A stretch of DNA of 64,000 nt, taken from the IMG/VR virus record IMGVR_UViG_3300024518_000034, positions 128,309-192,308 of that record. The stretch is one strand, 5' to 3'. The notes beneath the pieces were generated by a model that was not told where the DNA came from, did not search any database, and saw only the letters and a program-made list of their open reading frames with translations. The stretch comes from a virus. This document shows, piece by piece, positions 17,966 to 29,292 of this stretch; the stretch's first letter is position 1; each line of letters begins with the position of its first letter. A program made the position numbers and the translations under genes.

Positions 17966-19896
17966 TGTCAAAAGCAGAATTGAAAGTAGTGGAAGATTTA
18001 ATATCAATGAAAATTGCAGAAAAATCTAAAGCTCTTATGTTGAAGGAAGCTCCTGAAAATATTACTGACGAAGGAAAGTGGACACAAGCGAAAGCACAGG
18101 CTAAAAAACAATACGGAGAAGAGCTTGGTGAAGACAAGTTTTATTCAGTAGTGAATCATATATATCAAAACATGGGCGGCGAATTTAAAAAGAAAAAGAG
18201 TAAGAAGACTACAACCAATAGTCATGAGTGTCCCTGTGGCACTAAGCTAAAGAAAGACGACAGCAAATATGGTGTAAAGCCTGGCTGGTCGAAATACGAA
18301 TGCGATGATTGCGGTTATAGTAGAGACTACAGAGACGGTGCCCCAGTATATCAGGCTATAAAAATAGCAAGTAGGTGGTATATATGTGAATCAGGATTAC
18401 CGCTATTTTCTTTAAGTGCAGACGATGTTGTCAAAAGTAAAAGAAAAAGCTTTTTGAATATCAAACATGGTCAGGCCATAGCAGAACAAGTAGCTAGCAA
18501 GGGTGCATATAATGCTGTAAAGAGTTGGTTTGTAGACGGTGAAGGTGCAGAAATTTTTCATCCAGGTCTAAAGCTAGCATCGGCTGGTATAGATGAATCA
18601 GATTATCGCCTTATTATAAGAGATATACTGTTAAATAATCCTTACAAAAGGTCAGCAGCTAAGTCACAAATAAGCTCTGAGTGGTATAGTAGTTTAAAGC
18701 AATTAGCAAAAGTAATGGATTCTGCCGAAAAAGAAGGTGGATTAGAAAAGCTGACACCGGGATATTGGGCAAACAAATTGATGCCTGACGACGAAGGCAC
18801 TGAAAAAGAAGGTGCTGAATATAGTCACTATACACCGGGATGGCAAAAATGGTGGGAAGAAAATTCTCCATTGAACTATATAATACCAAAATCAAAGAAA
18901 GCAATGATGTATTTAACAGCAGGCCATATTGTAGAAGCACAGATACCAATGCAAACAGATGTGTCTGTGTCTGAACCAGGAATAGAGGCACCATCGGAAC
19001 AGCCAGGAGAGATGGGCGGCGAAGGAGCAGATGCGTTAGTTGGTGAAGAGATGGGTGCTGAGTTAACTGAAGATAAGATGGACCACTCAAACATAGTTGA
19101 TGCTATAGGCGATGTGTTGGCGACAATACTTGCCAATTCAGATATGCTTAGTGTGGAAGATGTTGTAAATGAAATAAGAGAAGTCTTTACGGACGACGAT
19201 GCAATGTCTGAATTTAGAGGTAAATTAGAAGAAAAAGTAGAAGAGTCTGACAATGATGACATTCAGGAAGACTTGATGAGCGACGAGCCGCCCGCCGATC
19301 AGATGCCAGGACAAGAAGGCCCAGGTCCAGCACCACAGGTAGTGGCAGCAATGAAGAAAGCTGAAAAATGGGAAGGATATGCTAGAAAAGTATGGGCCTC
19401 TCATGAAGAATATAGAATCAAGAACGATGTCTTAACAGTAGAGGCTAAAAGCCTTAACGAAATTAAGATTGAGAATGAAGAATTGAAGAGAATTAATAAG
19501 AGGCTTTTAATAGAGAGATCAGCAAAGATTAGAGCGCCAAGAGCAGTTAAGTTAGCTAAGAAATGCTACGAGATTGGCGAACTAGGAGATGCTGCAAATG
19601 ATGATCATCAGAGGATGGTTATTAAAGCAAAAGTTGATGAGCTTATGAAACTTCCAGACGATTCGTTCCTAGAAAAAGAAGAAACAATCAATAACATTCA
19701 TTCTAAGATGTTAAGTCAAAAGGCAAATAAGGTGGAAAGTAATGGGAATTCGTTATTGATGCCATTCCTTCCAAATAAGCCTGTGAGTCAATCTGAATTG
19801 GCGTCTTGGGAACACATGTCAAAGAGGACAGGATCAGCGAAAGCCGATAATGAATTCTATGACTGGAATAGGTCATCGGGGCGTGCCCGATGGTAA
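17965..19896 (+). CDS. putative scaffolding/prohead core protein
   Basis: Acidic, coiled-coil-like C-terminal half, one CxC..CxxC finger, located directly before decoration and capsid genes. Confidence 0.5.
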   Translation: MSKAELKVVEDLISMKIAEKSKALMLKEAPENITDEGKWTQAKAQAKKQYGEELGEDKFYSVVNHIYQNMGGEFKKKKSKKTTTNSHECPCGTKLKKDDSKYGVKPGWSKYECDDCGYSRDYRDGAPVYQAIKIASRWYICESGLPLFSLSADDVVKSKRKSFLNIKHGQAIAEQVASKGAYNAVKSWFVDGEGAEIFHPGLKLASAGIDESDYRLIIRDILLNNPYKRSAAKSQISSEWYSSLKQLAKVMDSAEKEGGLEKLTPGYWANKLMPDDEGTEKEGAEYSHYTPGWQKWWEENSPLNYIIPKSKKAMMYLTAGHIVEAQIPMQTDVSVSEPGIEAPSEQPGEMGGEGADALVGEEMGAELTEDKMDHSNIVDAIGDVLATILANSDMLSVEDVVNEIREVFTDDDAMSEFRGKLEEKVEESDNDDIQEDLMSDEPPADQMPGQEGPGPAPQVVAAMKKAEKWEGYARKVWASHEEYRIKNDVLTVEAKSLNEIKIENEELKRINKRLLIERSAKIRAPRAVKLAKKCYEIGELGDAANDDHQRMVIKAKVDELMKLPDDSFLEKEETINNIHSKMLSQKANKVESNGNSLLMPFLPNKPVSQSELASWEHMSKRTGSAKADNEFYDWNRSSGRARW

Positions 19897-19948
19897 GTAA
19901 CTATATTATGGTAATTTTAACCACCCAGACAAAAGGAGTTAACTTATA

Positions 19949-20452
19949 ATGAGTACAACTACATTTGATCGTGGCTCTCAGTTTGGTGGAGACGATGGCT
20001 TTGAGATTCTTCAAGGTGGTCAAATTCGTTGGAGTCTTCCAATAGATGAAGCGTCAGTCTTAACATGGCTACGTGGATATGTATTGGAATTGAAGGCGGA
20101 TGGTACTGTCGATAAGGATTCTAGTGCAACAAACGGTCTGTTAAAGGGCCTTGCTTTGGAGCGTAGATCACCTGTTGGCGGTAGGCCAGAAGAAGATGAA
20201 ACTCTTGGTTCTAAGAAAGCTTCAATGCTTTTGGACGAATCAATTGTACGCACTATTGCGGTAGCATCAGGTATTTCGGTAGCAGTTAATGACAAAATGT
20301 ATCCTAACGGTGCAGGTCTGTTAACTAATGTCGATGCCGGTGGAGCCCCAGTATTGGGTAAAGCGTTGTCATCAGCACTGGGAGACGGTGGAGCAGGTGG
20401 TTCTGGCTCTACGCTAACAATGTTCTATTCGAACCATAGCGTAAGCTCATAA
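19949..20452 (+). CDS. putative head decoration/cement protein
   Basis: Small beta-rich Gly/Ala-rich ORF immediately upstream of the capsid gene (GYVLELKADG, VNDKMYPNGAGLL). Confidence 0.6.
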   Translation: MSTTTFDRGSQFGGDDGFEILQGGQIRWSLPIDEASVLTWLRGYVLELKADGTVDKDSSATNGLLKGLALERRSPVGGRPEEDETLGSKKASMLLDESIVRTIAVASGISVAVNDKMYPNGAGLLTNVDAGGAPVLGKALSSALGDGGAGGSGSTLTMFYSNHSVSS

Positions 20453-20474
20453 TGATTGAAAAGGAGAAATAGAT

Positions 20475-21329
20475 ATGCCAGCAACACAAGCAGAACGTGA
20501 ATATGCATTAGCAAATGCGCTGCGCACTCCCGAAGGTCGTTTCGAGGTTGCGCAAACTATTCTTGAACCTTTCAAGGAAGGTCGAGATTATGTCGGGATA
20601 GGTCGTAAGATTCTATTCGTTGATCAGATTCCTCAAGGTGCCCCAATGTGGTACGACCGTGACCCGCAGTTTAGTTCGGTTACTATGTCACAACAGGGAG
20701 CAGTACCTGTAGAGGAAATCTTTGGTGAACGTGTTGAACTGACGCCATTCCCAATTGTCCAGTTGATTCGTATCCCTGTTTTGGAAGTTGCGGTTCGCCG
20801 TTTTAACATCCTTGACAGAGAGCAGGTTCGCGCTCGTGCAGAGATGGCTGAGCAGGAAGATACAGAAGTACTAGCTACTCTGTCTTTCGCAGCTACACGT
20901 ACAAGTTCGGCAAATGCAGAAATCACTGGGTTCCCAGACGTTTCTCGTGAAGCTTTAGCAGACGCTTTCGCGCAAGTGGAAGATAACGATGCACCAGTTG
21001 CAAACGTTATAATGAATGCTAAGGACTATCGTGACATTCGTACATGGGACGGTACAGATTTTGATCCAGTAACTAGAAGAGAGTTAATCAAAACTGGTTA
21101 TATGGGTGATCTGTGGAGTGCCGCAATTAGAATTACTAAGAAGCAGACAGAGGGAAGTATCTTGGTACTTGCTGATCCTGAATTCTTAGGTGTAATTGCA
21201 GTACGTATTGATTTGGACCAGATGGAAGCTCCAAATCCTGACCTGTTGGAGTATGGTTGGGTATTCTACGAGTACATCTCGGTTGCTGCACTTACTGACG
21301 TTGGTGCATGTAAGATCACCTTATCGTAA
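20475..21329 (+). CDS. major capsid protein (HK97 fold)
   Basis: ALRTPEGRFEVAQTILEPF..GRDYVGIGRKILFVDQIPQG, IMN..DY.DIR, strong RBS AAGGAG and highly biased codon usage. Confidence 0.85.
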   Translation: MPATQAEREYALANALRTPEGRFEVAQTILEPFKEGRDYVGIGRKILFVDQIPQGAPMWYDRDPQFSSVTMSQQGAVPVEEIFGERVELTPFPIVQLIRIPVLEVAVRRFNILDREQVRARAEMAEQEDTEVLATLSFAATRTSSANAEITGFPDVSREALADAFAQVEDNDAPVANVIMNAKDYRDIRTWDGTDFDPVTRRELIKTGYMGDLWSAAIRITKKQTEGSILVLADPEFLGVIAVRIDLDQMEAPNPDLLEYGWVFYEYISVAALTDVGACKITLS

Positions 21330-21443
21330 GATAAGTAAAAGAAAATTAAATTGGGAGGGAGGCACACTAATCGCGGTGATGTCTGCCCTACAATCTAGCC
21401 TGTCTCCCTATTTTTAATTTCTATCCCCATAAAGGTATAACAA

Positions 21444-22346
21444 ATGGCTGACTTATTAGTAAAAAATCAATTAGACTTCTTGAACAGTGTAGTCGTTGAA
21501 GACCCTACAACTGGATTGTTTTCCATGGATTTAACTGGCACTATAGCTGGTGAAAGAGGAAAATTTAAGAAGATAACTGACCTTTTAAATGCTATTACCG
21601 ACGTAACCAGAGTTGGTGGAGTTTTAAAAGGAGATCCTCGTATTTCAGGATTGACAGCAGATGTTGCAGATGGCTCTATAACAGATGCTAAATTGACAGA
21701 ATCTTATGTAAAAACAGATGGTAGCAAGCCATTAACAGGAGATTGGTCGGCTGGTGGAAACAAAATAACAGGACTTCCTACGCCATCTGCTAGCTCAGAG
21801 CCAGCCACCAAGGGGTTTGTTGATGTGACAAAGAGAACTTTGGTTCTGCCAGCAAGAGGAGCCAGAGGGACCGCAACATCCGGGGCAGGAGATGCATCTG
21901 GTTTGCCAGAGAGCAGAGAATTAGCTACTAATGATATAAATATAGATTATATGGCGTTTGATTCAGTTTCAGATGAAACTGCGTCTTGGCCACTTTCAAT
22001 GCCGGATAGTTGGGATGGTGGAGCCATTACTTTTAGAGTATATTGGACTGCTGAATCTGGAACGCCTGCTGAAACAGTTATATGGGGATTACAAGTTAGA
22101 TCTTTTGGTGACGATGATCCGCTAGATGCGCCACAGGGCGTTTCAGTTACAGTTACAGATTCGCTCATAGCGACCGAAGATATGCATATTAGTGCTGAGT
22201 CTGCTGACGTAACAGTTGCGGGTTCACCGGCAGGGGGAAATTATTTGATTTTTGAATTAACTAGGGACACAACTGATACTTTATCGGCTGATGCCCAGTT
22301 ATTGGAAATTCATATAGAATACACTAGCTCTTCTTACGGAGACTAA
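21444..22346 (+). CDS. putative virion structural/fibre protein
   Basis: DGSITDAKL, DGSKPLTGDW, NKITGLPTP...EPATK motifs common in phage fibres, plus beta-sandwich C-terminus. Confidence 0.6.
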   Translation: MADLLVKNQLDFLNSVVVEDPTTGLFSMDLTGTIAGERGKFKKITDLLNAITDVTRVGGVLKGDPRISGLTADVADGSITDAKLTESYVKTDGSKPLTGDWSAGGNKITGLPTPSASSEPATKGFVDVTKRTLVLPARGARGTATSGAGDASGLPESRELATNDINIDYMAFDSVSDETASWPLSMPDSWDGGAITFRVYWTAESGTPAETVIWGLQVRSFGDDDPLDAPQGVSVTVTDSLIATEDMHISAESADVTVAGSPAGGNYLIFELTRDTTDTLSADAQLLEIHIEYTSSSYGD

Positions 22347-22405
22347 TATATGTCAATTAATCAAATTAATTTAGGAGGCTTGAGTTTATCCAATCCCAGC
22401 GCAGG
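22341..22405 (+). repeat. direct repeat, copy 1 (second copy at 24281-24345)
   Basis: 65 nt with 5 mismatches, first 38 nt identical. Confidence 0.95.
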
Positions 22406-23816
22406 TGGTGGCATTCCGCTAACAACTGACCTGATCGCATGGTGGGAGCTAGGGGAATTGTCGGGCAATCGTTTTGATTCAACCCTGAACAATTTGGACC
22501 TTGCCGACAACAACTCGGTGGGCATGAAACCCGCGCCGAGCCCGGCGCTGACCGGTGCGGCCCATTTCACTCTGGCTAACGACGAATACCTAAGTCACGC
22601 CGACGACCCGTTGCTTTCGACGGTCGGTAGCTTTACTTTCTCGGCATGGGTTCTGGCTGATTCGCTTCCTGCGGGTGCCGGCTCTTTAGCCGTAATCGCT
22701 GGCAAATGGACAGGCACCGGATCGCCCCGAGAGTGGCTACTCTGTTACAACAAGGATACCAATAACTTCCTGTTTGAGATGTACGAAACGGGCGGGAGTG
22801 TAACCGGCCAAGCGTTTTCAACCTCATTTGGGAGCCCCGTAGTTAGCACTTGGTATCACGTTGTTGTCCGGTATGACAGTACCGGGACATGTAGCATTCA
22901 AGTGGACAACGGCACCGAGGACGTGGCAGCCCTAACCGGAGCCGACCCAGGGGACACCGCAGCAGTATTTCAGCTTGGAAAAGCCGGCACCTCAGTCAGC
23001 CAATGGGACGGCAAAATCTCAAACGCGGGCTATTGGAGCCGCGTACTAACGGAGGAGAATGTTACCGAATTGTATCAAGGTGGGTACGGTCTGGCCTATC
23101 CGTTCTCTACAACGCCGGCCCTAGCTGCTAGTCTTGAGGGGTTCTGGGCGTTGGATGAAACGAGCGGCGTAAGATCCGATACAAGTGGCAACGCCAGGGA
23201 TCTTTCCGACTTCAACAGTGTAACGGGAGCCGTAGGCGTAAGCGCGTCCACTAACCTATTGGCCGCGCAATTCACTAACGCCAATTCGGAATATTTGGCG
23301 GGCGCGTTGGGAGATTTTGATCCAGCCGCAAACTGGATGGTCTCCTGTTGGGTTTATTTAGATAACAAATCAACAACCCAATTCCTTATTGGGAAGGGCG
23401 CGATAAATCAAAAATTCTGGCACATTCGGTATGATCTCGGATTGGATCGGTTTGTGTTTTTCACAAGCCCGAATGCGGTCATAAATCAGTTGGTAGTGGC
23501 CAACAATTTCGGGTCGCCGCCTATCGGGACTTGGCTGTTCCTGCAAGCTTTCCACACCTTTCAGGGAAACACGCTTGTTGGTTCCGAAAAGTATCTATCT
23601 GGCATCCGGGTAAACGACGGAAAGCCTGACGTGATTGACGCGGGTTCGTCGGGCGGGCATCCAGCTTGGGGGATTTCTCTCGGCGGCGGTGTTCTCGGGA
23701 CTAACGCCTATTCGGACGCACGCATGGATGCATCAGGAGTCTGGAGCAAGGATCTAACGGGGCCTGAGTGGGCGCATTTGTATAATGGTGGACTTGGAAA
23801 GGAGCACCCCTTCTAA
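22350..23816 (+). CDS. two-domain LamG/concanavalin-like virion protein
   Basis: Two modules each starting W.L.E.SG.R.D and ending VWSR.L....V..LY.GG.G..YPF. GC-richer than the flanks. Confidence 0.8.
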   Translation: MSINQINLGGLSLSNPSAGGGIPLTTDLIAWWELGELSGNRFDSTLNNLDLADNNSVGMKPAPSPALTGAAHFTLANDEYLSHADDPLLSTVGSFTFSAWVLADSLPAGAGSLAVIAGKWTGTGSPREWLLCYNKDTNNFLFEMYETGGSVTGQAFSTSFGSPVVSTWYHVVVRYDSTGTCSIQVDNGTEDVAALTGADPGDTAAVFQLGKAGTSVSQWDGKISNAGYWSRVLTEENVTELYQGGYGLAYPFSTTPALAASLEGFWALDETSGVRSDTSGNARDLSDFNSVTGAVGVSASTNLLAAQFTNANSEYLAGALGDFDPAANWMVSCWVYLDNKSTTQFLIGKGAINQKFWHIRYDLGLDRFVFFTSPNAVINQLVVANNFGSPPIGTWLFLQAFHTFQGNTLVGSEKYLSGIRVNDGKPDVIDAGSSGGHPAWGISLGGGVLGTNAYSDARMDASGVWSKDLTGPEWAHLYNGGLGKEHPF

Positions 23817-24220
23817 TGCCGTTGCCTCAAGCCATAATTGATCGGGCTGATTCAGATTTAGCCGAGTTAGATGCACAATTAAGTGATGGCGAAAAGCAAG
23901 ATGAAGTATTAGCTGCAGAAGGCAAATATCTTCAAATAATCAGCGGCATGACTGAATTGCCTAAAGATGGGGAAGCTGAAGCTGTAGATGATACAGCTAA
24001 ACCACTTGATCGACTGACAAGCCCGGCGGATAATAATATTATTAGGCAAACAAATAGTACTGTTTCTACCTGCGTAGATGAATATTGTTCGAAAAACGGA
24101 CGCGGGTGGGGGTATCGTCAAGAAGTAATTATATCAGGTAAAATCTGGCTTAGAACGCAGTGGGTCGTTAATCCTGATAATCAATCAGATTTACCTTGGA
24201 CTGAAGTTTTAGACGTATAA
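23816..24220 (+). CDS. hypothetical protein
   Basis: Coupled to the LamG gene (TAATG overlap). Confidence 0.65.
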   Translation: MPLPQAIIDRADSDLAELDAQLSDGEKQDEVLAAEGKYLQIISGMTELPKDGEAEAVDDTAKPLDRLTSPADNNIIRQTNSTVSTCVDEYCSKNGRGWGYRQEVIISGKIWLRTQWVVNPDNQSDLPWTEVLDV

Positions 24221-24289
24221 TAATATTTGTCCAGAAAGTGGGGGATCTCGATACCACGAAATACGACGCTGTCTCAAGGGGACTAATAT

Positions 24290-24379
24290 ATGTCAATTAA
24301 TCAAATTAATTTAGGAGGTTTGGGCCTATCCAATCCTAGCGCAGGGAACGGGCTGGAATACCCATTTGTAGCGCCATGA
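24290..24379 (+). pseudogene. 29-codon remnant of the LamG gene (N-terminus joined to C-terminal YPF motif)
   Basis: MSINQINLGGLGLSNPSAG-NGLEYPFVAP*. Confidence 0.6.
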
Positions 24380-24449
24380 CCCATATATCGTATAAAAAAA
24401 TGGCATAATTTGATTACCAATGGTATTGTATAATAAGAGAGGATAAATA

Positions 24450-24743
24450 ATGACGGCACCAAATAGATCATTTGATAAGTTTTTTAACCAAGATAGTAAT
24501 CCTTTGTCTGGAAATTATACTATGTTGAGCTTCGACAGAACCATGGATGGACATCAGATAGTTAATGATGATTCTAGTTTAGATCTAGAAGTATCATATA
24601 CTGGCGGACCAGTTCATTTTGTTGTTAAGCCTGGTGAAGATCATTCTTATGACGAGAGAAGAAGAAATAAAATATATTTAAGAGAGGCTGGCGGAACAGA
24701 TTCTGGAATTTCCTATAGGGTATCGTCTTGGTCAACAAATTAA
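24450..24743 (+). CDS. hypothetical virion protein
   Basis: RBS GAGAGGA, located in head block. Confidence 0.65.
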   Translation: MTAPNRSFDKFFNQDSNPLSGNYTMLSFDRTMDGHQIVNDDSSLDLEVSYTGGPVHFVVKPGEDHSYDERRRNKIYLREAGGTDSGISYRVSSWSTN

Positions 24744-24752
24744 TATTTTAAT

Positions 24753-25502
24753 ATGACTACTATTACAGCAAAAGAAAGAAAATTGATAGACACTGTGCTG
24801 ATCCTCTTAGGAGGGTTTCAGCACATACCAGTTCATAATGAAATAGGTATTCCAAAGGAAAGTGTTACTGGAAAAAGAGACGTAATAACTTTTGCATATG
24901 ATGACTGGAACTTAACTAAGAGAAAATGGTTTCATCTTAACAACGGACAAAGGGAGTTGAGAGAGGGAACAGATTTTACCTTAGATGGGACAGCAGGAGA
25001 GATGGGATTACTTACTAGTGCTGGCAGTGTGTTTGCTGACGATGGTGAATTACCAGTAGGTCAACAAATAGAGGCTAGTTACCATTTCAAATATTTCAGC
25101 GATGAGTGTATCTTGATATGTCTTGAGATTGCATTAAATTTCTTAAATATGGAAAGACCTGTAACGTCTTTTGCCACATTAGATGCATCGCCAGCAGAGT
25201 TTTTTGGCGGGTTAATAATTTACGGATATTATTGTGCATTAAAGAAGATTCTAATGGACAATCAAATCTGGAACAATCATCTGATTTGGGCTACAAATGC
25301 TGATGGCAATATGCAGGGATTTCATGGACAAGTATATCAACTTAAAGAAGAAGCATGGCGAGAATGGGCAGAGCAGAAGAAGATGGCTAAGCCTAGGTCG
25401 TTCGCCAAACCTCGCGGGGTACACAGTGGTAAGTTTGCTACACAACAAAGAGTTACAGGAGCTAACTTTCAGGATTTTACCATCATTGGTGGTAGTTTAT
25501 AA
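24753..25502 (+). CDS. putative neck/head-completion protein
   Basis: SYHFKYFSDECILICLEIALNFLN-type motif and position. Confidence 0.5.
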   Translation: MTTITAKERKLIDTVLILLGGFQHIPVHNEIGIPKESVTGKRDVITFAYDDWNLTKRKWFHLNNGQRELREGTDFTLDGTAGEMGLLTSAGSVFADDGELPVGQQIEASYHFKYFSDECILICLEIALNFLNMERPVTSFATLDASPAEFFGGLIIYGYYCALKKILMDNQIWNNHLIWATNADGNMQGFHGQVYQLKEEAWREWAEQKKMAKPRSFAKPRGVHSGKFATQQRVTGANFQDFTIIGGSL

Positions 25503-25514
25503 TAGAGATTAAGA

Positions 25515-25724
25515 ATGCCATTTAGAGAAGATAACGGAACAGTATTATATGTATTTGACCAAGATGATGCTGGTCGTAGTGCATATGAAGAACTAAATGG
25601 ACAGCATGCAAGTCTATTGTTAGGACAACAGTGGGTATTACATGAAGAGTTAAGGCTTGAGTTTGATAGCGAAATACATTTTGAAGGTGATGAGGGCTAT
25701 CTGCCGTTAGTTATTGAAATATGA
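25515..25724 (+). CDS. hypothetical protein
   Basis: Coupled to the downstream fibre gene. Confidence 0.55.
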   Translation: MPFREDNGTVLYVFDQDDAGRSAYEELNGQHASLLLGQQWVLHEELRLEFDSEIHFEGDEGYLPLVIEI

Positions 25725-28000
25725 GTAGAATAAGATTTGAAAATTCACCTGAGCCAGTAACGCCACCAGCCGGGAGAACTTATGTTTATGTTGATAGTGT
25801 TGATGGACATACAAAGCAAAAAGATGATGCAGGAATAGTAATAGATTTAGCTGCTGCAGCCGCAGGCGGGGGGCTGACAACAACAAACGTCAACTGGGTG
25901 GACACAGCAGGAAATGACGGTACTGCTGTGGCCGACAGAGCCGACCTCCCGTGGTTGACCATTGGAGCAGCGTTGACGGCATCAGCATCGGGCGATGTGG
26001 TGGTGGTCCGCCCAGGCACCTATGCCGAGTCTGGCCTGACAGTTCCGGCGGGGGTGTCTCTGATCTCCGAAGGAGGCTTCGGGACGACTATCGTGGGAGA
26101 TGCCGCAGCGGTCGCCCACATCATCACCCTCTCGGCTGGGAGCTATTTGCAGGGCTTTCAAATCCTCTGTCCGACGACGGCTAGCTTGGCTGGTGTGTCC
26201 CATAGCGCGGGCACAGGAACGATCTACGATCTCGACCTGCGCGGCGACGGGGCGACGGGATCAGGCGACGGGATCTACAAGACGGGCGCGGGCAAGGTTG
26301 TCGGTGGGAATATCAGATGCGAGGTCGGCGGTTTCGGGAACCTACTGCATGTGGACGCGGCGGTCCTGGCGCTCGATGATGTGCATGTGCCTGGGTCCAC
26401 AGGCGCGATAGGAAATGTGATCCTGACCGAGGGCGCTGGTCGATTCCAGGGACAAGGAGTCAACATCGGCAATGCAAACGTCACCGACTGTATCCATGTT
26501 GCCGGGACTAGCACCTGCATCATCTACTCGCCTAACTGGTTCAATGCACTAATCGGCGGGCACATCGCAGATGATGGTGTCTCCGTGACCATCGTGGGCG
26601 GGAGTGTCGATTCAAGTGTGGCTACGCTGCTGGTTGACCCTGCGCTCACAGGCGTCGGGACAACCATCACTGTGAGCGGGACAACAATTCAACCACTATT
26701 TAGCTTCCCATCAGCGGCTATTGGCGAGATGGATCTGAGCGCCCAGATTCACCAAGTAGTTACAGCTACCCGAGACTCGGAAGTCAGGGTACTGGGGTCA
26801 GACTTGGTGTGCGGGTTCCCTGAAGTTGGTTCTGGTGTATCGGCAGGGGAGGGGTCCGCTTACTCAGATGGGATCAAGGTGGTTACATCTGACGGGACGG
26901 CGACACCAACCACACTCGGAGGGAACCTCACTGATGTTACGACTGCGGCTCAGAGTAGATCTGGAAGCACGATAGCCTTCCAGGGGTTGACAGCAGATCA
27001 TTGTATTTACTTCGGCAGCACCAGATCATCCCCCGGCGGCACTGAACTAAAACATTGGGGCGCTCGTGTCGAGCAAACAGTTGCAGGGGTGGGCGGGTCT
27101 TACGTGGTCGAGATCTTTGACGGTGTGAACTGGGTTGCTATCGGGGTGATGGCGACAAGCAATGTTGAGACATACCGATACTCTAACGCATTGTTTCTCC
27201 GGGCGAGCAGCAGCGAGTTCCTTCAGTATGGAATTGATGCAGACACGACATGGGCCACGGTTTCGGTCGATGGGACAACCGCGTACTGGGTGCGTTGGAG
27301 AATTGATACCACCCTAACGACAGGCCCCACATTCGAGAGAGTGTGGCTAACCCCGTCCGCTATTCAGTTCAACAATCGAGGGCTGCGAAGGTCGTTAGGG
27401 CTCGCAACGTGGACCAAAACCATCGTCTCTGCGGGCAATGTTTTTGGTGAATCAGGTGGAGTAGTCTCGGCAAATTTTGCTGTTGGTTCAGGAGGTGTTC
27501 CCACAGGATGGACACACAATTCCCCTAATAGCCTGATGAATCAGAATGGTGACGCGATGTACGCGCAATTCACGTTGCCCGCCGGGATCTCCACAGCGTT
27601 TCCGTTGAATATTGATGTCATCTTCTCGTTTGACCCCGGTGGGCTGCTTTCGACCCCGGTACTGGGGTTTGTATCCGCCATTCCGGTCGAGACTGCTTTC
27701 AATAAAGTGGCCGACCCCACTGGTGGAATTACTCCTGTAGCTCGTGCAATCGCAGACACCGAAACGACAACTGCCAAGGCAGCGACGAGCGTTTCCTTCG
27801 ACTCGTCGCTTATCGCGACTACGTGGCCTGCCGATACCTTGGTCAAGGGTGAATTTGGCCCTTACGATATCAGTGGCTACTATAGCGGGGACGCTGTACT
27901 GGTTCGCTTTGAACTCGATAACGATGGAACACCCAACCAGGATGTGGCGATTATCGCGATGATTGTTAGCGGAACTGCCTTTACGGACGGGGAGATCTAA
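25721..28000 (+). CDS. fibre/spike protein with pectate-lyase-like beta-helix
   Basis: [25 protein letters not shown] is the typical entry into a right-handed beta-helix. High GC. Confidence 0.7.
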   Translation: MSRIRFENSPEPVTPPAGRTYVYVDSVDGHTKQKDDAGIVIDLAAAAAGGGLTTTNVNWVDTAGNDGTAVADRADLPWLTIGAALTASASGDVVVVRPGTYAESGLTVPAGVSLISEGGFGTTIVGDAAAVAHIITLSAGSYLQGFQILCPTTASLAGVSHSAGTGTIYDLDLRGDGATGSGDGIYKTGAGKVVGGNIRCEVGGFGNLLHVDAAVLALDDVHVPGSTGAIGNVILTEGAGRFQGQGVNIGNANVTDCIHVAGTSTCIIYSPNWFNALIGGHIADDGVSVTIVGGSVDSSVATLLVDPALTGVGTTITVSGTTIQPLFSFPSAAIGEMDLSAQIHQVVTATRDSEVRVLGSDLVCGFPEVGSGVSAGEGSAYSDGIKVVTSDGTATPTTLGGNLTDVTTAAQSRSGSTIAFQGLTADHCIYFGSTRSSPGGTELKHWGARVEQTVAGVGGSYVVEIFDGVNWVAIGVMATSNVETYRYSNALFLRASSSEFLQYGIDADTTWATVSVDGTTAYWVRWRIDTTLTTGPTFERVWLTPSAIQFNNRGLRRSLGLATWTKTIVSAGNVFGESGGVVSANFAVGSGGVPTGWTHNSPNSLMNQNGDAMYAQFTLPAGISTAFPLNIDVIFSFDPGGLLSTPVLGFVSAIPVETAFNKVADPTGGITPVARAIADTETTTAKAATSVSFDSSLIATTWPADTLVKGEFGPYDISGYYSGDAVLVRFELDNDGTPNQDVAIIAMIVSGTAFTDGEI

Positions 28001-29292
28001 TGGCGGGTTTCTTCACTATCCTCCAGAGTCAGGATTTTACCTCTACTGATTCAATCACTGTCACGCATGGGCTCAACCGGGCACAGGTAGCTATCGCTGT
28101 TCGAGTGGGGGACGAATTGCGGAATGACCTGATAGAAAAGGTCCAGCCAGGTTCCGCTGACCCCCGAAACGAGGTGGTTGTCACGCTTACTTCGGCGCAA
28201 TCGGGTTCGATCCTGTTGCTGGGAACTGACTATATCTTCTCCAATACACCAGCACCGGAAGAAGCGGCCATTATCTCAACCGCAATCCATGCTGATGTCG
28301 CCGGGGAAGTCGATGGCATTGCCGAGAAAGTGGCCCCAACGGCGAGCGATATTCTTCTAATTGAAGATGCCTCTGACTCTAACAATAAGAAGAAGCTGCA
28401 AATCGGCAATCTACCCGGAGGAGGTGGGGGACAGTCCAACACGGGATCAAATGTTGGAACTGCGGGTGTAGGCCCATTTGACGCCAAGGTTGGTGTGGAC
28501 CTCCAATTCAAGAACATCAATGCCGGGTCATCAAAGATCTCAGTGACAGACGATCTAGCTGACAAGGAAATCGACATTGATGTTGTCGAGAGCAACGTCG
28601 TCCACCAGAACTTGAACGGGTCGGGGACCAATACCCACGCTCAGATTGATACTCATATCGCGGACACGGCTAACCCACACGCGACTGACGTGGGTAACTT
28701 GGGTAGTGGAACCCTGGCCGAGCTAAACACAGCCATCACAGACGCAACCCTGGATGATTCCGGGGATAGCCGTCCACCTAGCGGAAGTGCAGGTGGGGAT
28801 TTGGCCGGGAGCACGTACCCTAACCCGACCATCGCTGCGAGCGGCGTTGTTGCGGGCAGCTACACCAGCGCGGATATTACGGTAGATGCGGCGGGGCGTC
28901 TGACCGCAGCGGCGAGCGGGAGCGGGGCCACGCAGATCTACACTATTGCCATCGGGTCGGAGTTTGACGACCTGGGGAAATTCGGCGTCGTGAACGGCAA
29001 GGGTTCCGACAGAGATGAAACGACAGAGGCCAAGACCCGCGCACCTATCGCGGCGGATGGGACGATAACAACTGTGGCCTATCGCACGGCGAGCGCGGAT
29101 GCTACAACGCAGATGAAAATCCACATCGACGGAGTGGTGCAGGCGACTTTTACCCTGGCTAGTATTTCATCTCTCGGCGGGGCCGAGACTGTCAGCGTGG
29201 CCGTCACCGCCGGGCAATATCTTGAGTTGGAGTACGACGCGGGAACCGCCCCGGACGAAAGCACCTGGCTCATCTTGCAGGAGGTGTCCTGA
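28000..29292 (+). CDS. fibre protein
   Basis: [48 protein letters not shown] fibre motifs. Confidence 0.7.
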   Translation: MAGFFTILQSQDFTSTDSITVTHGLNRAQVAIAVRVGDELRNDLIEKVQPGSADPRNEVVVTLTSAQSGSILLLGTDYIFSNTPAPEEAAIISTAIHADVAGEVDGIAEKVAPTASDILLIEDASDSNNKKKLQIGNLPGGGGGQSNTGSNVGTAGVGPFDAKVGVDLQFKNINAGSSKISVTDDLADKEIDIDVVESNVVHQNLNGSGTNTHAQIDTHIADTANPHATDVGNLGSGTLAELNTAITDATLDDSGDSRPPSGSAGGDLAGSTYPNPTIAASGVVAGSYTSADITVDAAGRLTAAASGSGATQIYTIAIGSEFDDLGKFGVVNGKGSDRDETTEAKTRAPIAADGTITTVAYRTASADATTQMKIHIDGVVQATFTLASISSLGGAETVSVAVTAGQYLELEYDAGTAPDESTWLILQEVS

